A stretch of 64,000 bases of DNA from Tubulanus polymorphus. Taxonomy: Eukaryota; Animalia; Nemertea. The stretch spans positions 13,689,807 to 13,753,806 of the forward strand of contig NC_134031.1 in NCBI RefSeq assembly GCF_964204645.1, given 5' to 3'. Position 1 is the first letter of the stretch. Each line of letters starts with the position of its first letter. Shown here in pieces: positions 1-13,155 of this stretch. Made by a program: the position numbers and the translations under genes. Under the pieces are notes generated by a model, which had not been told where the DNA came from, did no database searches, and was given only the letters and a program-made list of their open reading frames with translations.

Positions 1-23
1 TTGTGAAATTTGATAACACAAAC

Positions 24-92
24 CTGTAGACTTTTGAGTTTTCCGATATCATCTGGTAACGTTGCAAACTCATTGTCGTGCAAATCAAGAAC
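24..92 (-). CDS. LRSAM1: LRSAM1-like coding exon 4, one leucine-rich repeat (VLDLHDNEFATLPDDIGKLKSLQ); gene continues beyond the window start
   Basis: ttttcAG acceptor, CAG|GTTTGT donor, 69-bp phase-0 exon. Close to LRSAM1 [23 protein letters not shown]. Confidence 0.9.
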
Positions 93-175
93 CTGAAAAT
101 GGGATATAATGAAATGATTCCTTTATCAAATACCACCACTTATCTAATGTTTCTCGAATAAGATTTTTTACAAAC

Positions 176-298
176 CCTGATACAAGACGATAGATCAACT
201 AGGTTTCCTCCACTGTTTAAACTTGAAAGCCAGTTATTATTAAGAAGTAAGGCTTCTTTATGGAGTACTTTGCATAGAGAAAATGTTCCATGGCCAAC
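176..298 (-). CDS. LRSAM1: LRSAM1-like coding exon 3 (VGHGTFSLCKVLHKEALLLNNNWLSSLNSGGNLVDLSSCIR)
   Basis: tttcAG acceptor, AGG|GTTTGT donor, 123 bp, phase 0. Contains the CKVLxK motif and an LRR-like LLLNNNWL. Confidence 0.88.
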
Positions 299-815
299 CT
301 GAAATGGGAAATCATTAAAAAGGTTATCCGTCATCGTTTCTTTTTATATCTTTACATGAGGTATTGAACTGCACCAGTAGAAATCACTGGCTCATGAAGT
401 CAACCCTCAAATATATGCCCCCCTCAATTATCCATCAAAATAAAATAATGAATTCCCAATGACAAAATTCACTTCATTGTGAATTACTTAAGAACAATAA
501 GGCCCAAAAGGACGGATCTAGGTTTTTGGAGTGGGCACATTATTTGAAATGGACAGATTTGGCCTGATGAGCAATGGAGGCCCAAAGTAGTTTCTGTGTA
601 TAAAAAATGAAAGGATGGCCATCTTGCATCTGATCCCAGAAATTTCATTATGACGATGGTCCCTAGGGGGAAACATATACATACATATGTATGACACTTC
701 AAAAAGATAATTCATACGAGCACACGTACATGTTCAATGACTATTACTTTAAGAAAGGTACGTTGGCCACTGATGGCCTGGGTAGTTGATGTAGCAGGTA
801 AACAATATTTCTTAC

Positions 816-869
816 CTCTGATATTTCACATTCAGAAATATCGTAAGCAGAATCTGGACGCTCTTTAGC
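816..869 (-). CDS. LRSAM1: LRSAM1-like coding exon 2 (AKERPDSAYDISECEISE)
   Basis: Acceptor cctttttttAG, donor GAG|GTAAG, 54 bp, phase 0. Matches the LRSAM1 segment AKEAGADDILDISKCELSE. Confidence 0.85.
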
Positions 870-2760
870 CTAAAAAAAGGAAATTGTTTCTATTATTTAT
901 GTTATCATCACTTCCCACAAAAAAATTACCACCAGCCACATCTAGCCATAGTTCCCTTTTTTAGCTCGGTTAAATGAGTAGCTATTTCGTAATGTCTCAA
1001 GTCGGCTAAAAATGGCATCCATTAGGAAGCTACTGGTCCCAAATAAATTGCCCATGGGCAAAGTGTGGTTTACCTTGAAAGCCAGAGGTTGTTTGGGGTA
1101 AGGGCATTGCTCGAAAAATTTTTTTAATTCGTGACTTCAAAGTTCTACAACTTTAAATATTCTATTTTATCTTTCTTAAAGGATTATTTTGTAGTCAAAA
1201 GACCAAAGATATACATTTGTTTACGGTCCACATTCGTAGGGTACAGGTAGGCGCGGCATGGAAACTATTTTATATTTTCAAAGAAATATTTTTCATAATA
1301 TGAAAAAATATTCAAATAAAATTCAAATGATGTCACATATCAGAGGGTGGCTGAATGTATGGCTGCGGAAGCTAAAATACTGGTGCAGTAAGAAATCGGT
1401 GTATTAGATCGTTTTAAATCCTGGAATTTACCACTACAATATTCAGACCTTGACCTATACCTATAGTTTGCTGCTTAGTATTTTCAGGTCACAAGAAATT
1501 ACAATTTATTACAAATTCTATCAAACAGAAAACACAGCGCTCATCTTCTGCTGATTAAATGTCAAATGCGCCAGCAAGCAGCGTTACAGTATCACTATAG
1601 TGGTGTATTCTGTACGCGCGTGTGTTTGTGTATGCAACAGTCTAATCCATATGAGTCATTCTGCAGATTTTCCAGAACCTGCTCTGAGAGGCCGACTGGC
1701 CAGTGGTTTGAATCAATAGAAAATGAAAACCATTCACCAGATTGAGCTAAAACAGTTGCATGTCAAGATGATAGGGAAACAAAAGTTTCATATGCGGAAT
1801 GTTCATTACATGTATTTTCGCTAAACTATAAGAAAATAAAATTGGAATTGGCATTTTCCAACAAATTAAGAAATACAAATACTTTTCATAGAAATAAAGA
1901 AATTGAATTTTTCTCCATGGGAACATTTTTATCAAAACATATATATATATATTTCATCAAAAATTTCATCTATAACTTAAATGAAAAAGAAAATTCACAA
2001 TCATTCTCAGGAATAGAATTTTGCTGCTATGTTTGGTAATTAATGATAACGATCATACAAGTTTTTGTAACAATTTAATGAAATCATAAAATTCCAAGCG
2101 GCGCTGTTGTTTTTTGTATTTTATAATTTACAATAAAATTCTGTTCAAATTTCTTTGCACTTCACTTTCTTATGTTACCTTTGCATACGTATTTTTAAGT
2201 GTATACCTGTTTGCATCAATAGATAAATGAACGCACTTGTGTTAAATAACAAAGTCCTTATCGCATCATAATTTAACTGGCTATCGGCTTGTTCACACAC
2301 ACTGAATTTCGCAGAATGGGAGGTGATGAAGAGATTAGGAGAGCACGCAATTACTCATTATATCAATAGGCCTTCAAAACATTTGTCGAATTTTCAGCCT
2401 GATTTTGTCAATATGCGTAGGCCTGTAGCCTAGATTGTGAATGTAGGAAAAATGTGTTTTATCAAAATGAAAATAAATTGCCCATGGGCAAAGTGTGGTT
2501 TACCTTGAAAGCTAGAGGTTGTTTGGAGTAAGGGCATTGCTTGAAAAATCTTTTTAATTCGTGACTTCAAAGTTTCACAAGTTTATATTGTATTTTATCT
2601 TTCTTAAAGAATTATTTTGTAGTCAAATAAGACCAAAGATATACATTTGGTTACGGTCCACGTCCAAAAGTTTGTAGGGTACAGGTAGGTGTGGCAGGGA
2701 AATTATTTTATATTTTCAAAAAAAAATATGTTTCACTATATGAAAAAAATATTCAAATAA

Positions 2761-3320
2761 GGCCATCCCAAAATAATTGTCTGTTTGCCGTAACACCGAC
2801 TCAACTTTTCAGGATGAGTCGGTAGGTAAGAAAAATTTTTTTTGCAAAAACAAACAAATTTATCACCTTTTTACATGGAAACAATATCGCAAAAACCATC
2901 TACGTTGTGCACGGGAAATTTGTCTAATAGCGTAGATTTCGAGAATTATTCTAAAATTATAACTTTGTCCAGAGCGTCATCTCTGTGTTAAAAATGAAAC
3001 AGTACATTGAATATGTGCGCGGTTTTACGTTACCAGCTTTAATATAGTCACTATGAGAATGAATGGTAGCTTATTGGAACACTGCCAGTTTCCTGGAAAA
3101 CTTAAATTAGGCCACATTGACAAGGCATGTTTTCACACGATGCACACTTGAATTCAAACATATATAATACGTAGAGCTCATACGTCGGCAGTGGGCGGTC
3201 GGCCGTTTATATCAAAAATAAAATTTATTTCAATGAATCCCAGAAAAAAAGTTTTCACTCGGTACCTTTGAAGTCTGGTCGGTCGGGTTATGGCAAACAG
3301 ACCATTAATATGGGATGGCC
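2761..3320. mobile_element. PIF/Harbinger (Tourist-like) MITE, 560 bp, TAA TSD
   Basis: ~40-bp terminal inverted repeats (TIRs), GGCCATCCCA..TCTGTTTGCC / GGCAAACAGA..TGGGATGGCC. TAA on both sides. The empty site is visible in the paralogous copy at ~1311 (ttcaaa-TAA-aattca). Confidence 0.9.
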
Positions 3321-4224
3321 TAAAATTCATATGATGTCACATATCAGAGGGTGGCTGAATATTGGGTCATGGAAACCTCTTCCAATGTTGGCCGCGGTAC
3401 AGAAGAAATCGTTTATTAGATCGTTTTAAATCCTGGAATTTACGACTACAATCTTCATACCTCGACCTATACTTGTAGTTTGCTGCTTAATATTTTCAGG
3501 TCACAAGAAATTACAATTTATTACAAATTCTTTCAAACAGAAAACACAGCGCTCATCTTCTGCTACGATTATTCAGCCTATTTTCATGTCAAACGCGCAC
3601 GCATTACAGCATCACCTTGAGTAGTTTACTGTACGAGCTTGTGTGCGTGTCGTGTAGCACTCTGCGCGCACAGGTGGAGGCCTCGTGTAAGTGAATGTTC
3701 GCTTACACTTCAATGTCAATCAAAACAATAACCGGGTTAAAATGAAACAATATAACCTATGGCGGATGTGTGAAATAATTACATCCTCACCAGCAATGAG
3801 CATTTGAAATTCGCACGTATATGGCACCTAGTCCAATGAAACGTAAGCCATTCTATGGCTTTCCCATAATTATTTTAGTAGCGCCGGAATTCCCCGTATA
3901 TCCCAAAAACAGCCAATCCCATTCGCTCGTAGAGACGACGCCCCCCAATCGAGGTCATTGCAATTTTATACACGAGAGCTAAGAATTTTCCCGCCAAAAA
4001 CAGTTTTTCGTAGAATTTTAACTCAGTTGACCATGTCATCGACGGAGGTTCGCCATGTCTTCAATCGCATCGATTATACGTCGTTTAAGCCGAGAACCAA
4101 TGAAACAAATAAAACAAACGTACCGCGATTTTACATGAATTGGCTCAATGCCAACCTCATATCGCTGACAAAGGTAAACCAAAAAGAGAAAAGAAATTTA
4201 GGTGATCAATGAAAACGAGGATAT

Positions 4225-4960
4225 ATTGCAGCAGTTGAACTGGCCTCTCAGGGCAGGTTGATATCTGCAGAAGTTTAACTGGCCTCTCAGGGCAGGTTGA
4301 TATCAGAGGTCAAAGGTAACAGGTAAAAATCAGGTAAAAACTTATAGTAGTTTTCACAAATTTCAGATTTTCCGTGTTGTTTTTCACAATATTCACCTTG
4401 GATAATCAATGACTTTGACCAAGCTATGTGCATAAAAATGACATTATTCTGCGACTTTTAGCTAGTAAAATGCATGAAAATGATTTTATCGTATTTCTGA
4501 AAATTTCTATGAAGAAATCTTGTTTAAAAGCAAAATATCTGTGTACCTATCTATGTATTATCTAAGTATTATTGTAAAAAGTATTATCGGTTTTCATTTA
4601 GGTTTTTTACTTAAATTTGATTGTCAAACTGCAGCAGTTGAACTGGCCTCTCAGGGCAGGTTGATATCAGAAGTCAAACTGCAGTAGTTGAACTGGCCTC
4701 TAAGGGCAGGTTGATATCAGAAGTCAAACTGCAGCAATAAAACTGGCCTCTCAGGGCAGGTTGATATTGGAAGTCAAACTGCAGCAGTTGAACTGGCCTC
4801 TCAGGGCAGGTAATTATCACCGCAGCAGTTAAATTGGCCTCTCAGGGCAGCTGATATCTGCAGAAGTTTAACTCATATGAGTCATTCTGCAGATTTTCCA
4901 GAACCTGCCCTGAGAGGCCGACTGGCTTCTCAGGGTAGGAACCTGCCCTGAGAGGCCAGT
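4225..4960. repeat. 50-bp minisatellite (gtcaaactgcagcagttgaactggcctctcagggcaggttgatatcagaa), ~4-5 tandem units at 4623-4870, partial copies at 4225-4310 and inverted copies at ~4901-4960
   Basis: Directly visible; aacctgccctgagaggcc is the reverse complement of the unit core. Confidence 0.85.
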
Positions 4961-6491
4961 GGTTTGAATTAATAGAAAATGAAAACCATTCACCAGATTG
5001 AGCTGAAACGGTGGCAAGTCAAGGTGATCGGGATATTCGGATTCTAACTAAAGTTTTCGAACATAGAAGACTAAGCTGTATTTTATATTCATTTCAGAAA
5101 CTAATTAAAACATACAAATACTTTTAACCTAATTTAGCTAAAACAGTTGCATGTCAAGATGATAGGGAAACAAAAGTTTCATATGCGGAATGCTCATTAC
5201 ATGTATTTTCGCTAAACTATAAGAAAATAAAATTGGAATTGGCATTTTCCAACAAATTAAGAAATACAAATACTTTTCATAGAAATAAAGAAATTGAATT
5301 TTTCTCCGTGGGAACATTTTTATCAAAACATATATATATTTCATCAAAAATTGCATCTATAACTTAAATGAAAAAGAAAATTCACAATCATTCTCAGGAA
5401 TAGAATTTTGCTGCTATGTTTGGTAATTAATGATTAATTAATTCTCGTCTAATCTAATGATTTTCGCGCGCACGTGGAGGCCTTGTGTAAGCGAATGCTC
5501 GCTTAGACTCCAATGTCAATCAAATCAATCACCGGGTATTAAAATGAAACAATACCTTTGGCGGATAATAATTACATTCTCACCAGCAATGAGCATTTGA
5601 AATTCGCACATATACGGCACCTAGCCCAATGAAACGTTCGCCATTCTATGGCTTTCCCATAATTATTTCAGTAGCGCCGGAATTCCCCGTAAATCCCAAA
5701 AACAGCCAATCACATTCGCTCGTAGAGACAACGCCCCCCAATCGAGGTCATTGCAATTTTATACGCGAGAGCTAAAAATTATCCCGCCAAAAACAGTTTT
5801 TCGTAGAATTTTAACAATGTTGACCATGTAATTGACGGAGGTTTCGCCATGTCTTCAATCGCATCGATTATACGTCGTTTAAACTGAGAGCCAATGAAAC
5901 AAATGCTCACATAAAAAACGTACCGCGATTTTACATGAAATGGCTCAATGCCAACTTCATATCGCTGAAAAAGGTAAACCAAAAAGGTCACAGGACGGCT
6001 ATCTTGAGTCCAATTGACCCAATTTATCTTATGCTAATGGGCCCTTCAGGGATACAAATGGGTATGAAAGATCAAGATAATTTATCAAAGCTTTTTCAAA
6101 ATTTCCCTTAAAAACTTCAAAAATGCATAAAAATTGTTGTTTTGAGCGTCTTGATACCGATTGGGCCAGTCTTTGGGCTGAAGATGTGTCTAGGGTAGAT
6201 ACATAAACTGAATATCAAGACAATAGCTGGAAGCATCTTCAAAACTTCCTGAATTAACTGGATTCGAACGGACGAAAAGTGAATGCAATAGCCCACTGTG
6301 ACTACATTCTTGAGTGGACTAAAAAAAATCTGAGTTTTCATATGGTTTTCTAGCCCAAGAGGGTGGGGGAGAATCGAAAATTTAAGAATCTGTCGAAGTA
6401 AAACTTCATTGCAATGCTCTCAACACTTTCATAGCGACTCTCACCCAACCAACATGGCTCGCAGGCAAGTTCCATGGTGATCATACTGTAC

Positions 6492-6557
6492 CAGATATAT
6501 CTTGTGCTCGTATCGCTTTTTGGCTTCCACACTTTGTCTGTTTTTAAATAAAGGCAT
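6492..6557 (-). CDS. LRSAM1: LRSAM1-like E3 ubiquitin ligase, coding exon 1 (MPLFKNRQSVEAKKRYEHKIYL)
   Basis: ATG at 6557 in an aaaATG context, 66 bp, phase-0 GT donor at 6491. The peptide resembles the vertebrate LRSAM1 N-terminus as recalled ([24 protein letters not shown]). An AG acceptor at 6567-6566 implies an upstream non-coding exon. Confidence 0.85.
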
Positions 6558-7314
6558 TTTGGTATCTGGAATAAATGAATTAATAGATGTTTTTTATTAA
6601 CTCGCTAAGCTTAAATAACCATAAGGAAGCAGACCTACATTGCTGACACGATTATTAAGTGCCTGTAGGTAAACGCAATATATCCAACAAAAATAAAGGA
6701 TCACTTGGTTCTGTAGCTTGTACTAACATCAGTATAGTTACAAGAGCCCCAAGGGGCACTATGGCCAGCCTGTCAGCTTTTCATAAAATGGTACAAATGA
6801 TGCATTCTGTGGGTTAAATTTGTCCTACACTTCCAGCTCATAGACTAGTCAATCCCAGGCTAATAACTTACAATTCAATTGTGTTTTCATAAGTCATAAG
6901 TCATAAGTAGCACAGTCACAGACAGCGACTGGAGCTGGCAGGAACAAATACCTCAAATAAATCTTTTCCCTTAGTCTTATTGATTTGAATGCAGAATAGA
7001 ATTGAATTTTCTGAAATTTGCCCGATAAAACAAAATTGAAATGGATTTGCTGTTCTACCTTGTTCAATAAAGTAAAATTGATTTGGATTTTATATTTTTT
7101 TGCAGAATAAAATTTGATTGAATTTGCAGTTTGAGCACATGGCTAATTAGCATATCAAGGTCATCCATCTGATTCGAGAAAAAGCTATTTTTCCCGGACT
7201 TTGCACAATTGTCAATGATATTTTCTGTAGTGCAAATTAAAATATTCCTCCCAAAAACCAAATCAACTAAAGATTTCACAGAAATCGATATTGAAATACA
7301 ATTTTAGATCTTAA

Positions 7315-7430
7315 AATAAAACCCGGAAGTAAAACAGTAGAGGATACCGCAGTTTCACCTGAACACCTGCTGATCTCTGCGGCTAAGCTAATTATAGAGG
7401 AGTCTTTGCTTTCTGATTGGCTTTTTGAAA
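7315..7430. promoter_or_regulatory. Possible LRSAM1 promoter region
   Basis: ETS-type CCGGAAGT at 7323 and a CCAAT box (gattgg) at ~7415, upstream of the first coding exon. Position and motif only. Confidence 0.3.
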
Positions 7431-8372
7431 CAGATATTTTGCAAAAGGATCAATGGTCATGTGGCTCACCAAACAGCGCAAAATAAAAATGTTACCCTGT
7501 ACGCAAAAATTCATTCATTTGAACACAAGAAAAATATTTATCAAAATTGACTCGACTGTCAACTTTTAATGAAATGTCATTTAGGTACAATACAGTACAA
7601 ACTTGCTGATAGCTTGGTCTCTAGGTTTTTCGTTAGTCACACACAGTAATAGAATTAATGTTACTGATGAAATTAAGTTTATCGACTAGCATGGCTTTTA
7701 ATACTTTCATGATAGGATAACTTTGTAGTACCGGTAGGCCTAAAGTGAGCTTAAAAACAATGTCAGTCAAGCTTTCATCATCACTAACAAAACATTGTAA
7801 GATTGTATGTGCGACCTACCCCGGGGGAGAGTTATCTTTTACTGACACATAAATGTGGTGAACGTGGAGTATTGCCGCTGTGACAGTACTTAATGTTTTC
7901 GACATGCACTTATTTCATCATTGTGCCACAATTAACCAACTAAATACAGATAATCAGGCTCCAAAAAGGATCAGTTCTGTTAAAAAGACGAAACTAGTTT
8001 ATTCTGATGTTTTCCATCATGTTCCAGCCAAGATATTTATATCAATCAAGATTTGGATACAAAAACCCATTTTTAAGCATGAACTGTTAGGCCCCACTGA
8101 ATAATGAAAACAAAAACAGAACGATTTTTCTGAATGCAATTGCAAGACCCTCTGATCTTGAGCTCCAAGCTCTGATGCAGGTACGCATGCAAAACGTCGA
8201 AGAGAGCGATGCCGGCGTTGGTGTCACTTAGGCCCGCTGATGATTGTTCGTCTTTTTGTTTGTTTGGCTTCACGTACGTCGTTTGGATCTTGGTTTCCCA
8301 AGACTATTCCTATTGGATTGTTCATTTAACCTCACAACGGTACGGCCTTTGAAGTGTTGCCCGCACACTGTT

Positions 8373-8462
8373 CGCAGCCAGCAGGACTCGAACCCACTTG
8401 TAACTCAGCATTGATAGTGGATTCAACAGCATCACGCCTTATCTCACTGAGCTTCCGAGGCC
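8373..8462 (-). mobile_element. tRNA-derived SINE head or tRNA pseudogene fragment
   Basis: Minus strand has an A-box-like AGCTCAGTGAGATAAGGCG and a B-box GGTTCGAGTCC, but no good acceptor or anticodon stem. Confidence 0.5.
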
Positions 8463-11400
8463 GCTCGATTCAATTCCAAAAAAACTACAGCAGCGGCAAA
8501 TAACCATCGCAATATTGCAATTTACGACAAACAACGCGTAAATTCAATCACTGTTGTTTAAAGCATGGAAAAGATAATAAAAAGTATTTTTTCCCGGTGC
8601 GCATTACAAAGCGAATCTCTGCCGAGTGCGTAAGAGGGTGCTACCCCCTTATGAGTGCGCAGCAGGCGGGTAGGGTGTCCTAAAAAGAAAACTTATATTA
8701 GAATATAGCCGAATCGAATTTTACAATTGATAATACAACATGGTTGTTCTCGGCGTACTTAACAATGATATTTTCCTCCAATAAACAACTGTGGTAAAAT
8801 TGAATAAAATGATCTATCTTTATTGGTGATATCGTATCATGGTGGTAGCCTACCGTTTACCATTCGATGTTTCGTGTCATCATGAAATGGTTTTCACTTT
8901 AGTAAAGGCGTTCCCGCACGATCACATACGGGTTTCAGTCATGAGTAGGCTGCCGTTCCACTGCTCTAGACATACGTATTCTGACGCTGAGCATTAATCC
9001 CAAATAATCCCATGGATACTGATAGTTGGAATAAAGTGATATCCAAACACTGTGATATTTATAAACCGGAGGTACATAATTTTATGTTTTTCTATTCAGA
9101 AGAGGCTGTTCCCCATTCTTTACTGCCAATGTCAATGCGGACATATCGCTACGCGATTGTTTAACCCGCTCTCATCTACCAGATAATGAACATCTAACCT
9201 ACATCTATGTCAGATATCTTGATGCAACGTTACATGATGCATGGGATTTCAAAATCATACATTATTTTAACACATTTCATCAAGTAAATCGTTATATGCT
9301 TTGCGGTTTCTCTCAGTTGCCTCGTAGGAGTCAGTAGTAGTCGGAAGGAGTCACGTCCCTTGTCGAAATAAGCCAGGCATAACGAAATTGCATTTGAATG
9401 TGTTCAAAACAGCTTTGAATGTAGTTTATTAACATGTTGAGCGCCAGCCCAAAATTTGAATTCTGGTCTCTGGTGCTTAAGTTAGTATTTTAGTGCGATC
9501 TTACCGTTAGCCTATTGAGACTACAAATCGATGTGGACAAGAGTCCTATGCCTTCTTTTAGTGTGAATATTAAATGAATATACTCATAGTTGGCACCATA
9601 GCAGCAAGTTTTTCCCATGTGCCAAGCTACGAGACATTGGTTGGCAATGGCGGGGAACCTTCTGAAAGGTGGCCATTCTATTACTCCTAGTCCGGCCACT
9701 TGAAAGGAATAACGCTGACATTGCCAGACTACAATTCGTAGCTGGGCGCAAAAATTCGTAGCTTGGCACATGGGGAAACTGTCTACAGTGAGATCTTGTA
9801 AACTCGAAATCTGCACCATTTCTGCCCATTATGACGTTTGTTCTGACGATACACCACATGCTACATCTATAACTGACCTTGGCCTTTTTACTCAGCAATC
9901 ATGGCAATGATAACTGCTAGTCAAGTTGCTGACCAGCGTATACTGGAGGAATCGGATGTCGATAGGCTTATAGGTGATAAGTAGATTTACTTCAATTTCT
10001 CCAAAAACATGGTATTCGAAGAAAAACACAATTCACTAGGCCTAAATTATTGCTACGGCTTTTACCGCTGCAATTCCAATGCCACAGTAATTGTGAGTGA
10101 TCTTCTGAGCATGTAACGAGGGCAATGACAGCTCATCTGAAGCCTTCAGCCCAGATGGAGGCAGTTGGTAACTGTGATTCCAATGTTATCTTCTGGCGAG
10201 AGCATTGGCAGTCTAGACATTATAGCACCATTGCCTCAACGTCGTTGTGGTCGAGAAAGAACTAAGGGACCACGTCTGAGAGGGGATCGTAACCTACAAA
10301 GGTCAAGCTAAAAGCACTAGTCTGAATACCAGACATTGTTACGGTCCCATGCAACATCTGACGCCAAACTGTCAAACCTTCATCGGCAGTCAAACTAACA
10401 AATAATATGCTTATTGATTATTCATTATGAACTAAATGAAAAAACAAGGTGCCCATGGGCACATTTAGATTCAGCGCAGAAGTTAGTGAATTGAAGGAGT
10501 TAGTCATATCCTCCATACTAGACCATTCATTGGTTTAGTGAGGTGCTCTATCAGCTTGTACTTGACATAAAATGAAATGCATGTTATAAAACTTGTTTAT
10601 GTCATTAGATTTTAAATGACAAACAGTTATTTATATAAGGAAGAGAAGGTAAATACGTAACACATTTAAAGTAGGCCTAATAGATTTTGAAATGAAATAC
10701 ATACATTATAATCACTATAGATTATAAGGCTCCTAATGAATTATAAGGTTTCGTTAAATCAAAAGATTCTGAGATGTCATATTTATGTTTTTGTTGCTGA
10801 AGCTGAAATCAAATCTAGCTGTATCGGGAGATGAGAAAGTATTCTAAGTTCCATACAAATACATTCTGTCCGGATTTTCAGGATTCAAAGCCAAGACCTA
10901 AAAAATTGATACCTTGTCTCTCCACTCATTGCTGAGCTTAAAAGTTCACACAGCCGGCCACCTATCTACCCTGTATATTACTTTTTTAAACCATGATCAA
11001 TGATATTTTAATATATCAGACCCGGCAGTTTTAGAAATGAACTGATAAATATTATAACAATTTACAACTACACAGGGTTCTTTCTGTGTGGTCGGGTTAG
11101 TAACAAGTTCGACATTCTAATGTACTGTCTATCTATTCTCACACCAGTTCCACATGAACATGTGAGCAGTCTCTATTCGCTGGACAGAAGCGACAGTCAA
11201 GGTTCCGTCGTAGTTTCATTCTATCGGCGATGCACCTTAAACAACGCCAGATGAGAGCGCGCGGATCCCGGCTACCCTACAACGTAACCGTTTCATCATG
11301 AACCTCAGCGGCAAGCAGTAGCGCTAAGAAGACGCAGTGGTCAATGAGACGGATCCCACGCATAGGCAGGATCGTAGCGAGTCAGCCGCAGTTCATCAAG

Positions 11401-11727
11401 CGTTCGAATTCAACTATATACTACACAATATTGGTCAACCTGTATGGTGTTTTTAATGCGAATAAAATAGTTTAAAATTCATCTGCATATCGATATAAAG
11501 TTTTTTTCGTCGAGATAATCCCAAGCGTATGCATAATTAATTTTAGTTCAAATATTTTCAAACAAACCTTTTTTTATTAAGAGAATATCCTTTATCTTAA
11601 GATTAATGGCATCGTTGATTGTGGTGAGCTTCACATGCTACTAAAACGAGGGCGCTATCATCACAGCTCCGCAGTAAATACTGCAAACTACGCCACACAT
11701 CGACATGCAATATTCAGCACAGTAAAT

Positions 11728-12843
11728 GAACTAGGAGAACCGACACCATGCCCACTTGGGAAGTGGTTTTAAATGCTCAAAAATCTAACAATTTCAATAT
11801 TCAATGCCCCCTGGTGACCATATACAAAAACCAATCACCTTGAAACCCACCACAATCATAGAAAATGTCAGCAGCAACGATTTTTTAATTGATTGTGATA
11901 ACGCCTCCTTACCAATATGCCTCGTTACCAATTTTATATGGAAATACTAAGTTACTATTCTATTCAACACCCCCAGGTGACCATATGCAAAACCCAATGA
12001 CCTTGAAACTTGAAACTCTCCACAATCATAGAACATGTCATGAACTACAACTTTGCAATTGATCATGGTAACAAAATATGCCTAGGTACCAATCTAATAA
12101 GGAAATACTAAGTTATTCTTCTATACAATGCCCCCTGGTGACCATATAGAATAACTAATGTCCTTGAAACTCACCAAAATCATAGAACACGCTATGGGCT
12201 ACAACTTTCCAATCGATTGTAGTAGGCCTAACACAATATGCTTAGGTATCAATATAATGTGGAAAAACTTTTTTCCACCTACGAACGAGTACTGATGACA
12301 CCAAGATGGCCGCCAATTGCGTCATAATTAGTTGATCAAAAATACCTGTCTCAGGCATAAAACATCCTTTTCCGAAGAATGCCCATTACAAATTGCAATT
12401 AGAAACGGCAAACCAGTAGGAAGCTACAGGACCCAGAATTCCGGTCAAAATTGACATTTTTGGGCACTTAAAGGTCATAGGACAGCCATCTTGAGTCCGA
12501 TTGACCCAATTTTTCTTATGCTGATGGGCCATTGGGTAATTTGAAATATATGAATTATCAAGGTTATTGATCAAAGCGTCTTCAAAATTTCCCTCAAAAA
12601 GTTTAAAAATGTGTAAAAAGTGCTGAGTTTGGCGAACAACAATGGCTGCCAGTCTGCTATCTTGATTCTGACAGGGCCAGTTTTTGGGCTGAAGATGTGT
12701 CTAGGGTAGATACATGTGTAACCCAAATATCAAGACATTACATTGAAGTATCTTCAAAACTTACCAAAATAACTGGATTCCATCTACGGACTGATGAACG
12801 AAAAGTGAACGCATTAGCCTAAAGTCCCAAGCGGGCTAAAAAT
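11728..12843 (+). mobile_element. Helentron-associated (HINE / CvA-like) element with internal ~160-bp tandem repeats; related pieces at ~5986-6328 and ~520-975 (minus)
   Basis: Three units starting (atg)cccc(c)tggtgaccatat at ~11805, ~11968 and ~12128. GCCATCTTG-type motifs. Terminal stem tagcc...ggcta followed by an A-run. The 3' part is shared with 5986-6328. Confidence 0.55.
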
Positions 12844-13155
12844 ACCCTTTTTCAAGAGCAAAATTCGTCAGCTTAGGACCCGGAATAAGTGATGAATCAT
12901 CAGGAATCGGAAGGTTTAGGATCTTAGAATTCAAATACTGAAGACCGCATGATTTTATTTTGTGTCAGGCTGAGCGATCGCTGCCGGAAAAGTCGATGTC
13001 TAAGTTTTGCGTTGAAGCGAGCAATATACAAAATGGCGGACGGCACTTGTATTGAATGACGACGCGCCGCGCTGCTCGCGATGAGGTCAAATATCTAACA
13101 ATTATTCATCGGCCCAGCAGTGAATTATTGTATTTATTTTCCAATTCATAATTAT
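12843..13155 (+). repeat. Interspersed repeat, direct copy at 23610-23920
   Basis: ~310 bp of clear similarity (caagagcaaaattcgtcagcttaggacc ... gtgaattattgtatttatttt). Confidence 0.85.

Larger units (their letters stand above)
1041..5985. repeat. Mosaic of three duplicated modules in an LRSAM1 intron: A 1041-~1553 / 2471-~3563; B 1648-2046 / 4875-5434; C 3665-4185 / 5467-5985
   Basis: Direct near-identical segments; for example aaataaattgcccatgggcaaagtgtgg at 1041 and 2471, and catatgagtcattctgcagattttcc at 1648 and 4875. Confidence 0.85.

Noticed and set aside
9490-10380. Coding-like stretch with 104-109 aa ORFs
   Set aside because: No motif or consistent splice structure recognised.
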